Below, one piece after another: positions 1-10,051 of a stretch of 64,000 bases of DNA. The stretch comes from Candidatus Latescibacterota bacterium (GTDB lineage Bacteria > Latescibacterota > UBA2968 > UBA8231), in contig OZ242214.1 in the NCBI GenBank assembly GCA_965206595.1, positions 4,832,001 to 4,896,000 of the forward strand, written 5' to 3'. The position numbers and the translations under genes are program-made. Within the stretch, counting starts at the first letter, position 1; each line of letters starts with the position of its first letter. Below the pieces are notes generated by a model. That model saw only the letters and a list, made by a program, of their open reading frames with translations, had not been told where the DNA came from and did not search any database.

Positions 1-2
1 GC

Positions 3-986
3 TTCACCCTGACCAACGGCAACGGCAGCATCCTCCGAACCATAGCCCTCGGGGCGACGGCGACGGAGCTGCACGTCAGGGACCGCGGCGGCGCCCTCGG
101 CGACGTCCTGCTGGGATTCGACACGGCCGCCGAGTACGAGGCCAACCCCCCCTTCATGGGCTGCACCACCGGACGGGTCGCCAACCGCATCAGCGGGGCG
201 CAGTTCGTGCTCGACGGGGTGACCTACCAGTTGGCCCGCAACTTCGGCGAGCACCACCTGCACGGCGGGGAGGTCGGCCTGCACCGGAGGCTCTGGAGCG
301 GCGAGGCGGTCGACCACGCCGACGGCCCGGCGGTCCGCTTCACCTATCTCAGCCCCGACGGCGAGGAGGGGTACCCGGGCAACCTGTCGATGGCGGTGAC
401 CTACGTGCTCACCGAAGCCGACGGCATGCGCATCGAGTACGAGGCGACGACGGACAAGGCGACCCCCGTCAACCTCACCAACCACAGCTATTTCAACCTG
501 TCCGGCGCCGCCGCGGGCGACATCTTCGGCCACGAGCTGGTGATCCACGCCGCCAAGGCGACCGAGCGGGGCGAAGAAGGAGTTCCGACGGGTGCGATCG
601 TCCCGGTCGCCGGCACGCCCCTCGACTTCACAAATCCGAAGCGGATCGGCGCCGACATCGCCGGCATCGAGGTCCATTACGACCACAACTACGTCCTCGA
701 TCACGGCGGCGGCGAAGAGGCGGCCCTCTCCGCCGAGGCGTTCGACCCGGCCAGCGGGCGGGTGATGCAGCTGTTCACGACCGAGCCGGGGGTGCAGCTC
801 TACACCAGCTACTACCTGGAACCGATCAGGGGCAAGGAGGGCGTGACCTACCAGCGCTTCCAGGGGCTCTGCCTCGAGACGCAGCACTTCCCGGACGCAG
901 TCAACAAGCCCCAGTTTCCCAGCGTCATCCTGCGCCCCGGCGAGACCTACTGGCAGCGGACCGAGTACCGCTTTTCCACGAGGTGA
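3..986 (+). CDS. galM: Aldose 1-epimerase (galactose mutarotase), 5'-partial at window edge
   Basis: Frame is open from nt 3 (FTLTNGNG...). Motifs GRVANRI, HLHGG, GYPG, NLTNHSYFNL, YDHNY, CLETQHFPD. Confidence 0.93.
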   Translation, partial: FTLTNGNGSILRTIALGATATELHVRDRGGALGDVLLGFDTAAEYEANPPFMGCTTGRVANRISGAQFVLDGVTYQLARNFGEHHLHGGEVGLHRRLWSGEAVDHADGPAVRFTYLSPDGEEGYPGNLSMAVTYVLTEADGMRIEYEATTDKATPVNLTNHSYFNLSGAAAGDIFGHELVIHAAKATERGEEGVPTGAIVPVAGTPLDFTNPKRIGADIAGIEVHYDHNYVLDHGGGEEAALSAEAFDPASGRVMQLFTTEPGVQLYTSYYLEPIRGKEGVTYQRFQGLCLETQHFPDAVNKPQFPSVILRPGETYWQRTEYRFSTR

Positions 987-993
987 TACGTTG

Positions 994-2136
994 ATGAACG
1001 ACCTGCTGATAAAAGGAGGGACCCTCGTCGATCCCGCCGAGGGAATCCACGGCCGCAAGGACGTCGCCTTCGCCGGCGGCCGGGTGGTCGAGGTGGCGGA
1101 CGACCTGCCGGCGTCAGAGGCGCGCGAAGTCGTCGACGCCGGGGGCCTGATCCTTACCCCGGGCCTGATCGACCTGCACGTCCACGTCTTCCACGGGGTC
1201 AGCCACTACGGTATCGAGCCGGACTCGACCTGCCTGGCGCGCGGAGCCACCACCGTCGTCGACGCCGGCTCCGCCGGGGCCGACACCTTCCCCGGTTTCC
1301 GCAGGTTCGTCATCGACGTCAGCGACACCCGCATCCTCGCGCAGATCAACGTCTCGACCCAGGGAATGCTGACCCAGGAAATCGGCGAGTTCGAGATCCC
1401 CGAGTACGCCGACGTCGCCAGAACCTGCGCCATGATCGAGCGCCACCGCGACGTCATCCTCGGGGTCAAGGTGCGGCTGACCAAACACACCATCGTCAGC
1501 GAGCGCTCCGGCATGACGCCGCTGCAGCGGGCCCGCGAGGCGGCCGACGCCGCGGGCCTGCCGATCATGGTGCACCCGCAGGACGCCTGGTGCGACTCCC
1601 TCGACGACATCCTCGCGCTCATGGGGAAGGGGGACATCCTAACCCACTGCTTCCACGGCATGGCCTGCGGCATCCTCGAGGGCGGCAAGATCCGCGCCTC
1701 CGTCCGCGAGGCGCTCGACCGCGGGGTGGTCTTCGACGTCGGCCACGGGGCCGGCTCCTTCTCCTGGGGGGTGGTCGAGACCGCCCTCGAGCAGGGGGTG
1801 CAGCCGACCTCCATCTCCTCCGACCTGCATGTCTACAACGTCGACGGCCCGGTCTACGACCTGGCCAACGTCGTCAACAAGTTCCTCCACCTCGGGCTGC
1901 CTCTCGACGACTGCATCGCCAAGGTCACCTCGGTGCCTGCCGGGGTCGTCAGCATGGAGGGTGAGATCGGCACGCTGCGCGGCGGCGCCTGGGGGGACGC
2001 CGCGCTCTTCGAGCTGCGCGAAGGGGAGTTCCGGCTCGACGACGCCTACGGCCATTCACGCGCCGCAAGCAGCGTGCTGGAGCCGGTCACGGTGGTGAAG
2101 TCCGGTTCGATCTACCGCCAGCGGAGCCTGCGGTAG
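994..2136 (+). CDS. Amidohydrolase/deacetylase family metallohydrolase (dihydroorotase-like)
   Basis: PGLIDLHVH, VVDAGSAG, GVKVRL, THCFH, DVGHG, ISSDLH motifs. Confidence 0.88.
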   Translation: MNDLLIKGGTLVDPAEGIHGRKDVAFAGGRVVEVADDLPASEAREVVDAGGLILTPGLIDLHVHVFHGVSHYGIEPDSTCLARGATTVVDAGSAGADTFPGFRRFVIDVSDTRILAQINVSTQGMLTQEIGEFEIPEYADVARTCAMIERHRDVILGVKVRLTKHTIVSERSGMTPLQRAREAADAAGLPIMVHPQDAWCDSLDDILALMGKGDILTHCFHGMACGILEGGKIRASVREALDRGVVFDVGHGAGSFSWGVVETALEQGVQPTSISSDLHVYNVDGPVYDLANVVNKFLHLGLPLDDCIAKVTSVPAGVVSMEGEIGTLRGGAWGDAALFELREGEFRLDDAYGHSRAASSVLEPVTVVKSGSIYRQRSLR

Positions 2137-2196
2137 CGCCGCCCGGCGCAAGCAGGTAGCGCTGTCGGCGCAAGCAACGGTGCGCGGCGAGGGGCC

Positions 2197-2219
2197 CCGT
2201 CCCCGGGATGCGGGGACGG
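2197..2219. repeat. GC-rich hairpin between convergent genes
   Basis: ccgtccccg-ggatg-cggggacgg forms a perfect 9-bp stem; no U-tract. Confidence 0.45.
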
Positions 2220-2441
2220 CTTGAGAGGAATCAGCGCGGCCTTTGCGAGCCTCCGGAAGCGCGCCGGCGCGTCGAAATGGCCCCTTGTAGCTCAGTCTGT
2301 AGCTGCTCAGGCGTACCGTTGCGACCCAGCGGTCCCTGCAATTCTGTCGTATATACAATTTTGGCGTTTTGAAATTGATACAAAATGTCGCTTTGACATC
2401 TGGTCACCCAGCGTCCCCTGCCGGGCTTCGGCCGGCTGCGA

Positions 2442-3660
2442 TCAGAACGGCCGCCAGCTCGGTGACTTCTCGTCGCGATCGGTGGTGTTCGTCAGGTTGA
2501 CCGGCATGACGGGGTGATCCTCCACGTGGTCCCAGTCGAAGCCGACGGCGGGTACGACGAAGATGTCGTACGTGCCGTGCAGCACCCACTTCCCCGTGCG
2601 GTCGTTGAAGTCGACGTCGAGCTCTCCGTCTTCGCGGAAGTTCATCTTCCCCTGGTAGGCCAGGGCGCGGCCGTCCGGGGACCAGGTCGGATCCAGCTCG
2701 AACGTGTTCCTGGCCACGGTGATGCGCACCTGACCGCCGCTCTTGACGTCCGCAAGCATCAGCTCTTCGCCCTGGAAGCGCTCGGAGTTGAAGGCGAGGC
2801 GGCCGCCGTCCGGAGACCAGGATGAGTGCCAGTCGTAGTGCTGGTCCTCGGTCATGCGGCGGAGGTTGGAGCCGTCGACGTCGATAATGTAGATCTCGTC
2901 ATTGTCGTCGAAGTCTCCGGAAGTGAAGGCGATGCGGCTGCCGTCGGGAGACCAGGACGGCTCCTTTCCTTTCACCAGCCTGCGCTTGTTGCCGCCGTCT
3001 TCACTGTCCATCAGCCAGATCGCCAGGTCGCCCTCGCGCTGGCTGAGAAAGGCGATGGTGCCGCCGTCCGGAGACCAGGCCGGGTTTTCGTCCCGCTCCG
3101 GGTGTTCGGTCAGGCGCCGCTCACCGCTGCCGTCTGCCGCCATAACCCAGATGTCGATGTTGGTCATCACCTCGCCGCGGGAAAAAGCGATCTCGTTGCC
3201 GTCTGGCGACCAGGCAGGATGCTGCTCGAACTCGCGAGTGTGAGTCAGCTGAGTTGGTTCGCCGCCCCCTGCAGGGATGGTGAACAGGTCCCAGTCGCGA
3301 ACCGCTGTCGGCGTGGAGGCGTAGGCGATGGTGCCCTGCGGCTGGTAGGGGCCGTTGCTCCCTCCGGGAATGGCGATCGACAGCTCGTACGTCTTTTTCC
3401 CGAAAAACGGCTCCGATTCGACATTCAGCGTCCGGGTCACCACTACCTCGCTGGCTGCTACGTTGATCGCGTACTCCCCTTCCCGGACTCCCGCAAAGGA
3501 AAAGGACCCCGCGTCCACGAGCCGGTTGAACTTGTGCTCGAGCCCGGCGGCGTCCAGCCGGATCTTGTTGCCGTCGCCCCCTTCGATCCGGACAGTCACT
3601 TCGTTGACCCCGCACGCGGCCATCGACAGCGCCGCCCACATTCCGACGAAAAAACCTCAT
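2442..3660 (-). CDS. TolB-like PD40 beta-propeller lipoprotein with N-terminal Ig/carboxypeptidase-regulatory-like domain
   Basis: Repeated PAWSPDG/WSPDG units and an MAAC lipobox. In-frame ATG at 3641. An ATG at 3660 would give signal peptide MRFFVGMWAALSMAAC if one A is removed from the A6 run at 3649-3654. Confidence 0.85.
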
Positions 3661-3791
3661 CAAGCTCTCTCCAGAGATTCGGTATTTGTACGCGTCATCC
3701 ACCCGGGACGACAGGTAGCCATGGGTGTCGTAATGTATGGGGGATCGGCAATGGCATGAAGAAAGACCATCAGCGAGGTTCCTGAATCCCG

Positions 3792-4982
3792 ATGTCTCCA
3801 GAATCAGTCGAGGTCTTCGACAACCGGGCCGCTGCCCGCGACGGGACCGGGTCCGACACTTCCCGGTATGCCCCCCGGTTCGCGGAAGATGCCGCCGCCT
3901 TTCACCGCTCGATTCCCGGCTACTCCCCCACGGCGCTGCACTCCCTTCCTGCCCTGGCCGCGTCGCTCGGCATTTCCGCGGTATGGGTCAAGGACGAGTC
4001 GGCCCGTTTCGGGCTCAACGCCTTCAAGGGGTTGGGAACCTCGTATGCCGTGGCCGGCGTCCTCGCCGGCAGGCTCGGCCGCGATGTCGCCGGCGTCACC
4101 TTCGGCGACCTGACTTCCCCCGAGGCGAAGGCGGCGCTGGGCGACCTCGTCTTCGCCACGGCCACCGACGGCAACCACGGCCGCGGCGTCGCCTGGGCGG
4201 CGCAGCAACTCGGACAGAAGGCCGCGGTCTTCCTGCCCTCCCACGCGGCCCCGGTCCGGGTCGAGCGCATCCGCGGGCACGGCGCCGAGACCACGGTCAC
4301 CGACTGCAACTACGACGACACCGTGCGCATCGCCGCCGCCGAGGCGGAAAGGCAGGGCTGGGTGCTGATTCAGGACACCGCCTGGGAGGGGTACGAGGAG
4401 GTGCCGGTGTGGATCATGCAGGGGTACCTGACCATGTTCGCCGAAGCCCTGGAGCAGGCGGGAGAGCTGCCGACGCACCTGTTCATTCAGGCCGGGGTCG
4501 GATCATTCGCCGGCGCCCTGCAGGGGTATCTCGTCGAGCGCTACGGAGCGCGGCGGCCGCTGCTGGCGGTGGTCGAACCGCTGGCGATGGCCTCGTACTT
4601 CGCCTCCGCCCGGGCAGGGGACGGGCGCTCCCGCGCCATCGTCGATGCCCACCACGAGACCATCATGGCCTGCCTGGCAGCGGGCGAGAACAACCCGCTG
4701 GCCTGGCCGATCCTGCGGGATCACGCCGATTTCTTCGTCCGTTGTCCGGATCAGGTCGCGGAGTCGGGAATGCGCAGCCTCGCCCATCCGGGTGCCGGGG
4801 ATGCGCGCGTCGTCTCGGGAGAGTCGGGGGCGGTGACCGCGGGCCTGCTGGTCGGCGCCGGCAACGACGAGCGGCTGTTCGGGGAGCTGCAGCTCGACGC
4901 GGAATCGAAGGTGCTGCTGTTCTCGACCGAGGGGGCCGGAGATTCCGCCGACTACCGGCGAATCACCGGAACCGAGCCGTAG
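3792..4982 (+). CDS. dpaL: Diaminopropionate ammonia-lyase (PLP fold II)
   Basis: VKDES-RFGLNAFKGLG, ATDGNHGRG, QDTAWEGY, QAGVGSFA, SGESGA, FSTEG. Confidence 0.92.
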   Translation: MSPESVEVFDNRAAARDGTGSDTSRYAPRFAEDAAAFHRSIPGYSPTALHSLPALAASLGISAVWVKDESARFGLNAFKGLGTSYAVAGVLAGRLGRDVAGVTFGDLTSPEAKAALGDLVFATATDGNHGRGVAWAAQQLGQKAAVFLPSHAAPVRVERIRGHGAETTVTDCNYDDTVRIAAAEAERQGWVLIQDTAWEGYEEVPVWIMQGYLTMFAEALEQAGELPTHLFIQAGVGSFAGALQGYLVERYGARRPLLAVVEPLAMASYFASARAGDGRSRAIVDAHHETIMACLAAGENNPLAWPILRDHADFFVRCPDQVAESGMRSLAHPGAGDARVVSGESGAVTAGLLVGAGNDERLFGELQLDAESKVLLFSTEGAGDSADYRRITGTEP

Positions 4983-5033
4983 GGTGACGGCCCGGTGCGA
5001 AAATGCCTGCCGCCCATCCCCCGGGCCCGGCCC

Positions 5034-5837
5034 TCAATGCTCCCAGCGGGCCAGCTCCATCCAGCGCGTCAGCTCGAGCCGCTTCGGCGTCAGCCTCCTG
5101 CGCATCCCGGGAGGCAGGTAGAAGTGGTGACAGTTGATCGGCTCGCGCGACATGACGTTGTAGTGGGCGTGGACGTAGTTGAAATACAGGTTGGAGCGGA
5201 TTCCGGGGGTCGTCTTCAGCAGGCCGTTGTGGACCACCGTCTCGGAGAACATCAGCACGTCCCCCGCCTTGCCGGTGACCGGCTGCGCCCCCGGAAGCTC
5301 GAGACCTTCGTAGTCGCCGAAGGGGAGGTCGAAGCTGCTCTTGTGCGACCCCGGCAGGGCGACGATGCAGCCGTCGTCCGGGCCGTTGTCGGTCAGGAAC
5401 CAGACAATGTTATACATGCGGGAGCGGATCTCGCCGTTGAAGTAGGAGAAATCGGAGACCGGCACCCCCCGGTGCCAGCCGCTGTGAACCGCTCCCTCGA
5501 ACTTGGAGATCGACCAGGTGTTGATCAGCTGGGGCAGGCCGACGAACTCCTCGAGGTAGGGGAGCACCCGGGGGTGGTCGATCAGCTCGTCGAACACCGG
5601 GTCGAGGCGCAGGAGGCCGTTCATCCTGACCTGGTTGGCCCGCTTGAGCTCCTTGGTCGGCCGTCCCTTGCGGCCCTCTTCGAGGTCATCCTGCCAGCGG
5701 TCTTCGTACTCCCTGCTCTCGGCCGCCTGGAGCCTGCCGAGGAAACGCTCGCATTCGGAAGGAGACAGCACCTGCCGCAACAGCAGAAACCCCTGCAGGT
5801 CGAACAGGAACCGCTCCTCTGGGCTGACGGCGCTCAT
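5034..5837 (-). CDS. PhyH-family Fe(II)/2OG-dependent enzyme, HxG variant
   Basis: FDLQGFL start, PGSHK, GDVLMFSETVVH; first metal motif reads WHRG. Start MSAVSPEE follows an AGGGAG RBS. Confidence 0.85.
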   Translation of the reverse strand: MSAVSPEERFLFDLQGFLLLRQVLSPSECERFLGRLQAAESREYEDRWQDDLEEGRKGRPTKELKRANQVRMNGLLRLDPVFDELIDHPRVLPYLEEFVGLPQLINTWSISKFEGAVHSGWHRGVPVSDFSYFNGEIRSRMYNIVWFLTDNGPDDGCIVALPGSHKSSFDLPFGDYEGLELPGAQPVTGKAGDVLMFSETVVHNGLLKTTPGIRSNLYFNYVHAHYNVMSREPINCHHFYLPPGMRRRLTPKRLELTRWMELARWEH

Positions 5838-5866
5838 GTCGCTCCCTTTCTTCGGTGATTCATCGT

Positions 5867-6268
5867 CTACCCGGTCCCCTCCTCGAACCGCAGCGACGCC
5901 GAGTTGATGCAGTAGCGCATCCCGGTGGGAAGCGGCCCGTCGGGAAACAGGTGGCCGAGGTGGCCGCCGCAGGCGCTGCACAGGACCTCGGTCCGCACCA
6001 TGCCGTAGCTGGGGTCGGTCTCCTCGTCGATGCTTTCGGGATCGTGCGGCTGGTAGAAGCTCGGCCACCCGGTCCCGGAGTCGAACTTGGTGTCGGAGCT
6101 GAACAGTCTGGCGCCGCAGCCGGCGCAGGCGAACGTCCCCTTCCCCTTGAAGTCGTTGAACTCCCCGGTGAACGGGCGCTCCGTCCCCTTCCGCCGGAGG
6201 ATGTCGAACTGCCCGGAAGTGAGAATCTCCCTCCACTCCGCTTCCGTTTTTTCGACCTTCGGTGCCAT
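5867..6268 (-). CDS. msrB: Peptide-methionine (R)-S-oxide reductase
   Basis: [48 protein letters not shown]; GAGG RBS. Confidence 0.96.
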   Translation of the reverse strand: MAPKVEKTEAEWREILTSGQFDILRRKGTERPFTGEFNDFKGKGTFACAGCGARLFSSDTKFDSGTGWPSFYQPHDPESIDEETDPSYGMVRTEVLCSACGGHLGHLFPDGPLPTGMRYCINSASLRFEEGTG

Positions 6269-6575
6269 GCTTTCCTCTTTGCAGGTAATTTGTCCCGACA
6301 ACCGGTGCCGCAGCCGCCGTGGATTGCATGTCGCGGATAATGGCCCACGCACCTGCGAGAAGCCAGCGGCCTTCCGGCCGACATGGTTTCTTAGAAGGTG
6401 CACCATGAATCCACTTCCCCGGGGCCTCAAGTGTCACGTTGCCGCGGCGTTCACGCCGATAACCCCGGCGTGGCTGCCCTCCCGTTCGTCCCGCGGGGCT
6501 CTGCGGCTCGCGAAACGCCACTTCCGGTGCGGGCTAAATTAGGCGGCCAACGGGAGCCATCAAAGGAGGCTGGAA

Positions 6576-7319
6576 ATGCCGGACACGGACCTGAACAACA
6601 TCGTCGTCCTCTACAAGGGGGGACGCCTTCCCACGTGGGATGCCCTCACCGACCGGCAGCGGGATGAGTATCAGCAGGAGCACGTCGACCTCATGCTCGA
6701 GGTTGCAGGCCGGCACCGGATGATCGGCCTGGAAGGCTTCCGCCTGATCACCCCGCAGCAGAACTGGCAACGCTTCTGGACGATCGAGTTTCCGACCTTT
6801 GCCGGGGCGCGGGACTGGATAGAGAGCGAGGTCGCTCCGCCGTACGGGCGCTACGGATTCTACGAGTACTACCTGGCAACGCGATGGCTCCGGGAACAGC
6901 ACGACGCATGGGTGACGAATCCGCAGCCATCGGCCGCGGTGCCGGCCGGTGCGAATCCCCGGGAGGTTCCCCCGCTCTCGGTCTCCGGCGATTCGGTCGT
7001 CGTCCTGACGTTCTGGCGGCGACCGCCGGAGGTGGAAGAAAGCCCGGCCGGGACGGGGCCCGCCGAGGAGAGGGAAGCCCTGATGAAGTCGGTCGCCCGC
7101 GACTTCGGGCTGATGCGCTGCGAGGCGTTCGAGCTGATCGCACCCCAGCAGGACTGGAATCTGGTCCGAATCGCGGAGTTCCCCGGGCTCGCCGGGGCCG
7201 AGGCCTGGATCGACGCCGAGGTTCAGCCGTCGCTCGGGCAGGAGGAAACCCGTTCGTATTTCCTCGCCCGCAAGTGGGCTCCGGAGTACTTCGCCACCTG
7301 GGTGCCGCAGCCGGCGTGA
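6576..7319 (+). CDS. Hypothetical protein with two tandem copies of a dimeric alpha-beta-barrel-like domain
   Basis: AGGAGG RBS. Internal repeat: EGFRLITPQQNW..EFPTFAGARDWIESEV versus EAFELIAPQQDW..EFPGLAGAEAWIDAEV. Confidence 0.75.
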   Translation: MPDTDLNNIVVLYKGGRLPTWDALTDRQRDEYQQEHVDLMLEVAGRHRMIGLEGFRLITPQQNWQRFWTIEFPTFAGARDWIESEVAPPYGRYGFYEYYLATRWLREQHDAWVTNPQPSAAVPAGANPREVPPLSVSGDSVVVLTFWRRPPEVEESPAGTGPAEEREALMKSVARDFGLMRCEAFELIAPQQDWNLVRIAEFPGLAGAEAWIDAEVQPSLGQEETRSYFLARKWAPEYFATWVPQPA

Positions 7320-7341
7320 CCGGAGAGGGTCACAGGCATGG

Positions 7342-8187
7342 TTACACGGCCGTGTTCGCCGCTTCGTAGTACTTGTTGATTCCCGGGACGTCCCTCATCC
7401 CGTGCCAGACCCCGCGGAACAAGGTTTGCCGCTTCGGCTTCATGGCGGCGATCACCTCCGGCGCCGGGCAGCCCTTCCCCCACTTGGAGTTCACCGTGTT
7501 GTAGCAGGTGAACAGCGACAGCCGGTCCCGCTCTTCGTTGACCCACTTCGTCCCGGTGTGGCCCAGCGCCTCGGTGAAGATCAGCGCCGAGCCGGCGGGG
7601 CAGGCGTAGGTCTCCCAGAGGTCGCTGTCGCGCCCGCTGAGGGCGTCGGGCCGGGGAAAGGCGGACTTGTGGCTTCCCGACAACAGCATGGTGCCGCCAT
7701 CGCCGGGTCCGACCTCGTTGAGCTCCCACACCACCCGCGTCAGGCCAGCGTGGATCTTGCCCGGCTGCATCTGGTAGATGTGGGAGTTTCCCTCGAAGTT
7801 GAACAGTCCGCCGCCGCCGTGCGGATTGTAGTTGTCGTGGCCCGCGGCGCGGTGGCTGGTGTAGGTGTGGTCGTAGCGGAACCCGTAGCAGGATTCCGAC
7901 GCGAGCCCCTGGTGCGACAGGACCTCGTTGAGCACGCCGACCACCGCGGGGTGATCGAGCAGGATCTCCGACGGTCCGCCGTGGTTGTCGCGCTCCTGCG
8001 GCGGCAGCGACTCGCGGTCGTGGAGGAAGGCGTGCTGATGGGCGCGGATCGCCTCGAGCTGGTCCCCGGACAGCAGGCCGGGCAGGCAGATCCAGCCCTT
8101 GAGATCGAAGAGGTACTTCTGCTCGTCGCTCATCGGCACGACGGGGAGACCGTCGGCATTGGTTGCAGGCAGCAGCTCGGCGCTCAT
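7342..8187 (-). CDS. PhyH-family Fe(II)/2OG-dependent enzyme, HxG variant
   Basis: YLFDLKGW, VVWELNEV, GSHKS, PAGSALIFTEALGH; metal motif PHGG. Confidence 0.85.
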   Translation of the reverse strand: MSAELLPATNADGLPVVPMSDEQKYLFDLKGWICLPGLLSGDQLEAIRAHQHAFLHDRESLPPQERDNHGGPSEILLDHPAVVGVLNEVLSHQGLASESCYGFRYDHTYTSHRAAGHDNYNPHGGGGLFNFEGNSHIYQMQPGKIHAGLTRVVWELNEVGPGDGGTMLLSGSHKSAFPRPDALSGRDSDLWETYACPAGSALIFTEALGHTGTKWVNEERDRLSLFTCYNTVNSKWGKGCPAPEVIAAMKPKRQTLFRGVWHGMRDVPGINKYYEAANTAV

Positions 8188-8329
8188 GACGCTCCGTTTC
8201 CTTGGAAGAGATGTGTGGGATGGTATGTGCGGAATATCGAACGCTCCGGCAGCGGCCGGGGAAGTGATCCTGCCAGCGCCGGGCGGCGGCCCTTGCCGGC
8301 GGCGGATCTGTTTCGGCGGATCTGCCGCC

Positions 8330-9253
8330 TCAGGCCCCGTACACCTCCCGGGCGGTGCCCCCCAGCACGAGGGCGCGCTCGTCCGGCGACAGAAACTCGG
8401 TGTGCAGCTGCGCCAGGCGCAGCCAGGCCGGGTAGTTCTGGTGCTTCAGGGTTCCCGGCTGGTCGGTGCCCCACATGATCTTCCGCGGCCCGACGGCCTC
8501 GACCGCGCGCTCGAGGAACCGCTGCGCCGCCGGGTAGGGGAAGTCCTCCTCCCAGTCCGGCAGCGACGCCATGTCGAACCAGACGTTCGCCAGCCTGCCG
8601 AGGGCGATCTGCTCCTGCCACATCCGCCACTTCAGCGGGTCGGCCTGCTCCGCCTGCTTGCGGGGTTGCCCGAGGTGGGCGATGACGATCCTGAGACCGG
8701 GGTGGCTCTCCGCAATCCCGCGCACCGCGCCGGTCTGGTACGAGGGATCCCCTGCCGTGCCGAGGTCGAGGACGAGGGGAACCCCCGCCTTCTCCGTCGC
8801 CGCCCAGAGCCAGGAGATGCCGTCGTCGTCGAGGCGGGCGCCCAGGTGAACGCCGGATAACCCGGCCTCGTACGAGAACTCGATCTTCACCGCCGAGAAC
8901 TCCCCGGTCTCCAGCATGCGGTCGAACTCGCGCCGGTACTCCGGGCGCCAGGGATCGGCGTGCAGGGCCCCGAGCAGACGGTCCGGGTAGCGGCGCACGG
9001 CGTCGAGGACAAACTGGTTGCACTCGCCGTAGATCGTGCCCTGCTGCAGCACGGCCTTGTCGACGCCGGCCCAGTCGAGGTTGGCGATCAGCATCTCCGG
9101 GGTGAACTCGGTGCGGGCGTTGAAGGGGGGAATCATGCGCACGATCCGCCGCCCGCCCACGGTCATGTTCCCGTACCCGGCGCCGCGCGTGGCGCCGCCA
9201 CGGATGACGCCGTCGACCTCGGGGAAGATGTGGTTGTGGGCGTCGACGATCAC
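8330..9253 (-). CDS. Amidohydrolase_2 family protein
   Basis: IVDAHNH, IVIAHLG, MWGTDQP. GTG start overlaps the upstream stop (GTGA). Confidence 0.87.
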   Translation of the reverse strand: MIVDAHNHIFPEVDGVIRGGATRGAGYGNMTVGGRRIVRMIPPFNARTEFTPEMLIANLDWAGVDKAVLQQGTIYGECNQFVLDAVRRYPDRLLGALHADPWRPEYRREFDRMLETGEFSAVKIEFSYEAGLSGVHLGARLDDDGISWLWAATEKAGVPLVLDLGTAGDPSYQTGAVRGIAESHPGLRIVIAHLGQPRKQAEQADPLKWRMWQEQIALGRLANVWFDMASLPDWEEDFPYPAAQRFLERAVEAVGPRKIMWGTDQPGTLKHQNYPAWLRLAQLHTEFLSPDERALVLGGTAREVYGA

Positions 9254-10005
9254 AGTTCGTACTGCCCCTCTCTGCGGCGCCCGAACTTGCCGACGCAGAG
9301 GGCCCGGTGGCCCTCCGGCATGCGCTCGTACGTCTCGCGCCACAGCGGCTGGTGTCCCCCCTCGATCCAGTTGTTCATCCAGCTGGGGTAGTAAGCGATG
9401 TTGAGACCGACGCGGATATCCCCGCCGGTGTTTGCCCCGGCGCCGTGGAAGAGGCCGCCGTGCCACATCATCACCGAGCCGGAGCGGCCGGTGACGTCGC
9501 GGACCACCGGGTCGTCGGGCTCGAGGTCGGCCGGGGGGCTCTTCAGCCGCGAGCGGTGGCTCATCGGCACGACCCGGGTGGCGCCGTTGGCTGCCGTGAA
9601 GTCGGTCAGCATCCAGATCGAGTTGATCATCCAGGGTACGTCCGGCACCTGCTGGAAATTGCCGGCCGAGTCGACGTGCAGGGGCCACTGGCCTTTGAAG
9701 CCGGGCCAGTTCGGCTTGCTGCAGGCCTCGACGACGCGGCAGCGGTGGCCGAGAAGGTGGCGGGCGATGGCGACGGTGTCGGGGTGGAAGGCGCAGTCCC
9801 AGACGCGGTCGTCGTGGTTGAGCATGCCGAACAGGGTTTCGTACGGCTTCTCGCCGGCCTTGAAGTCGGAGTAGCGGGGGTCTTCGTGCAGCTCGAGGAA
9901 GTCGGCGGCCATCGACCGCGTCTTCTCCTCGGGAAGGCGGTCCTCGAGGATACAGTATCCGTAGGTCAGCAGGTGGTCGGCGGCGGCGAGCAGTTCTCCC
10001 TTCAT
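9250..10005 (-). CDS. PhyH-family dioxygenase
   Basis: LHVD, DFTAANGATRVVPMSH, LFHGAGAN. Confidence 0.9.
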   Translation of the reverse strand: MKGELLAAADHLLTYGYCILEDRLPEEKTRSMAADFLELHEDPRYSDFKAGEKPYETLFGMLNHDDRVWDCAFHPDTVAIARHLLGHRCRVVEACSKPNWPGFKGQWPLHVDSAGNFQQVPDVPWMINSIWMLTDFTAANGATRVVPMSHRSRLKSPPADLEPDDPVVRDVTGRSGSVMMWHGGLFHGAGANTGGDIRVGLNIAYYPSWMNNWIEGGHQPLWRETYERMPEGHRALCVGKFGRRREGQYEL

Positions 10006-10051
10006 CGCTGTTCCTTCTGTTGTCGCCGAAGCACCGCGTACCGGGCTGACC

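Noticed and set aside
2279-2340. tRNA-like start ggccccttgtagctcag
   Set aside because: No TTCGA T-loop, no matching acceptor stem and no CCA end.
6405-6540. Possible short [24 protein letters not shown]
   Set aside because: Too short and no recognisable family; at most a remnant.
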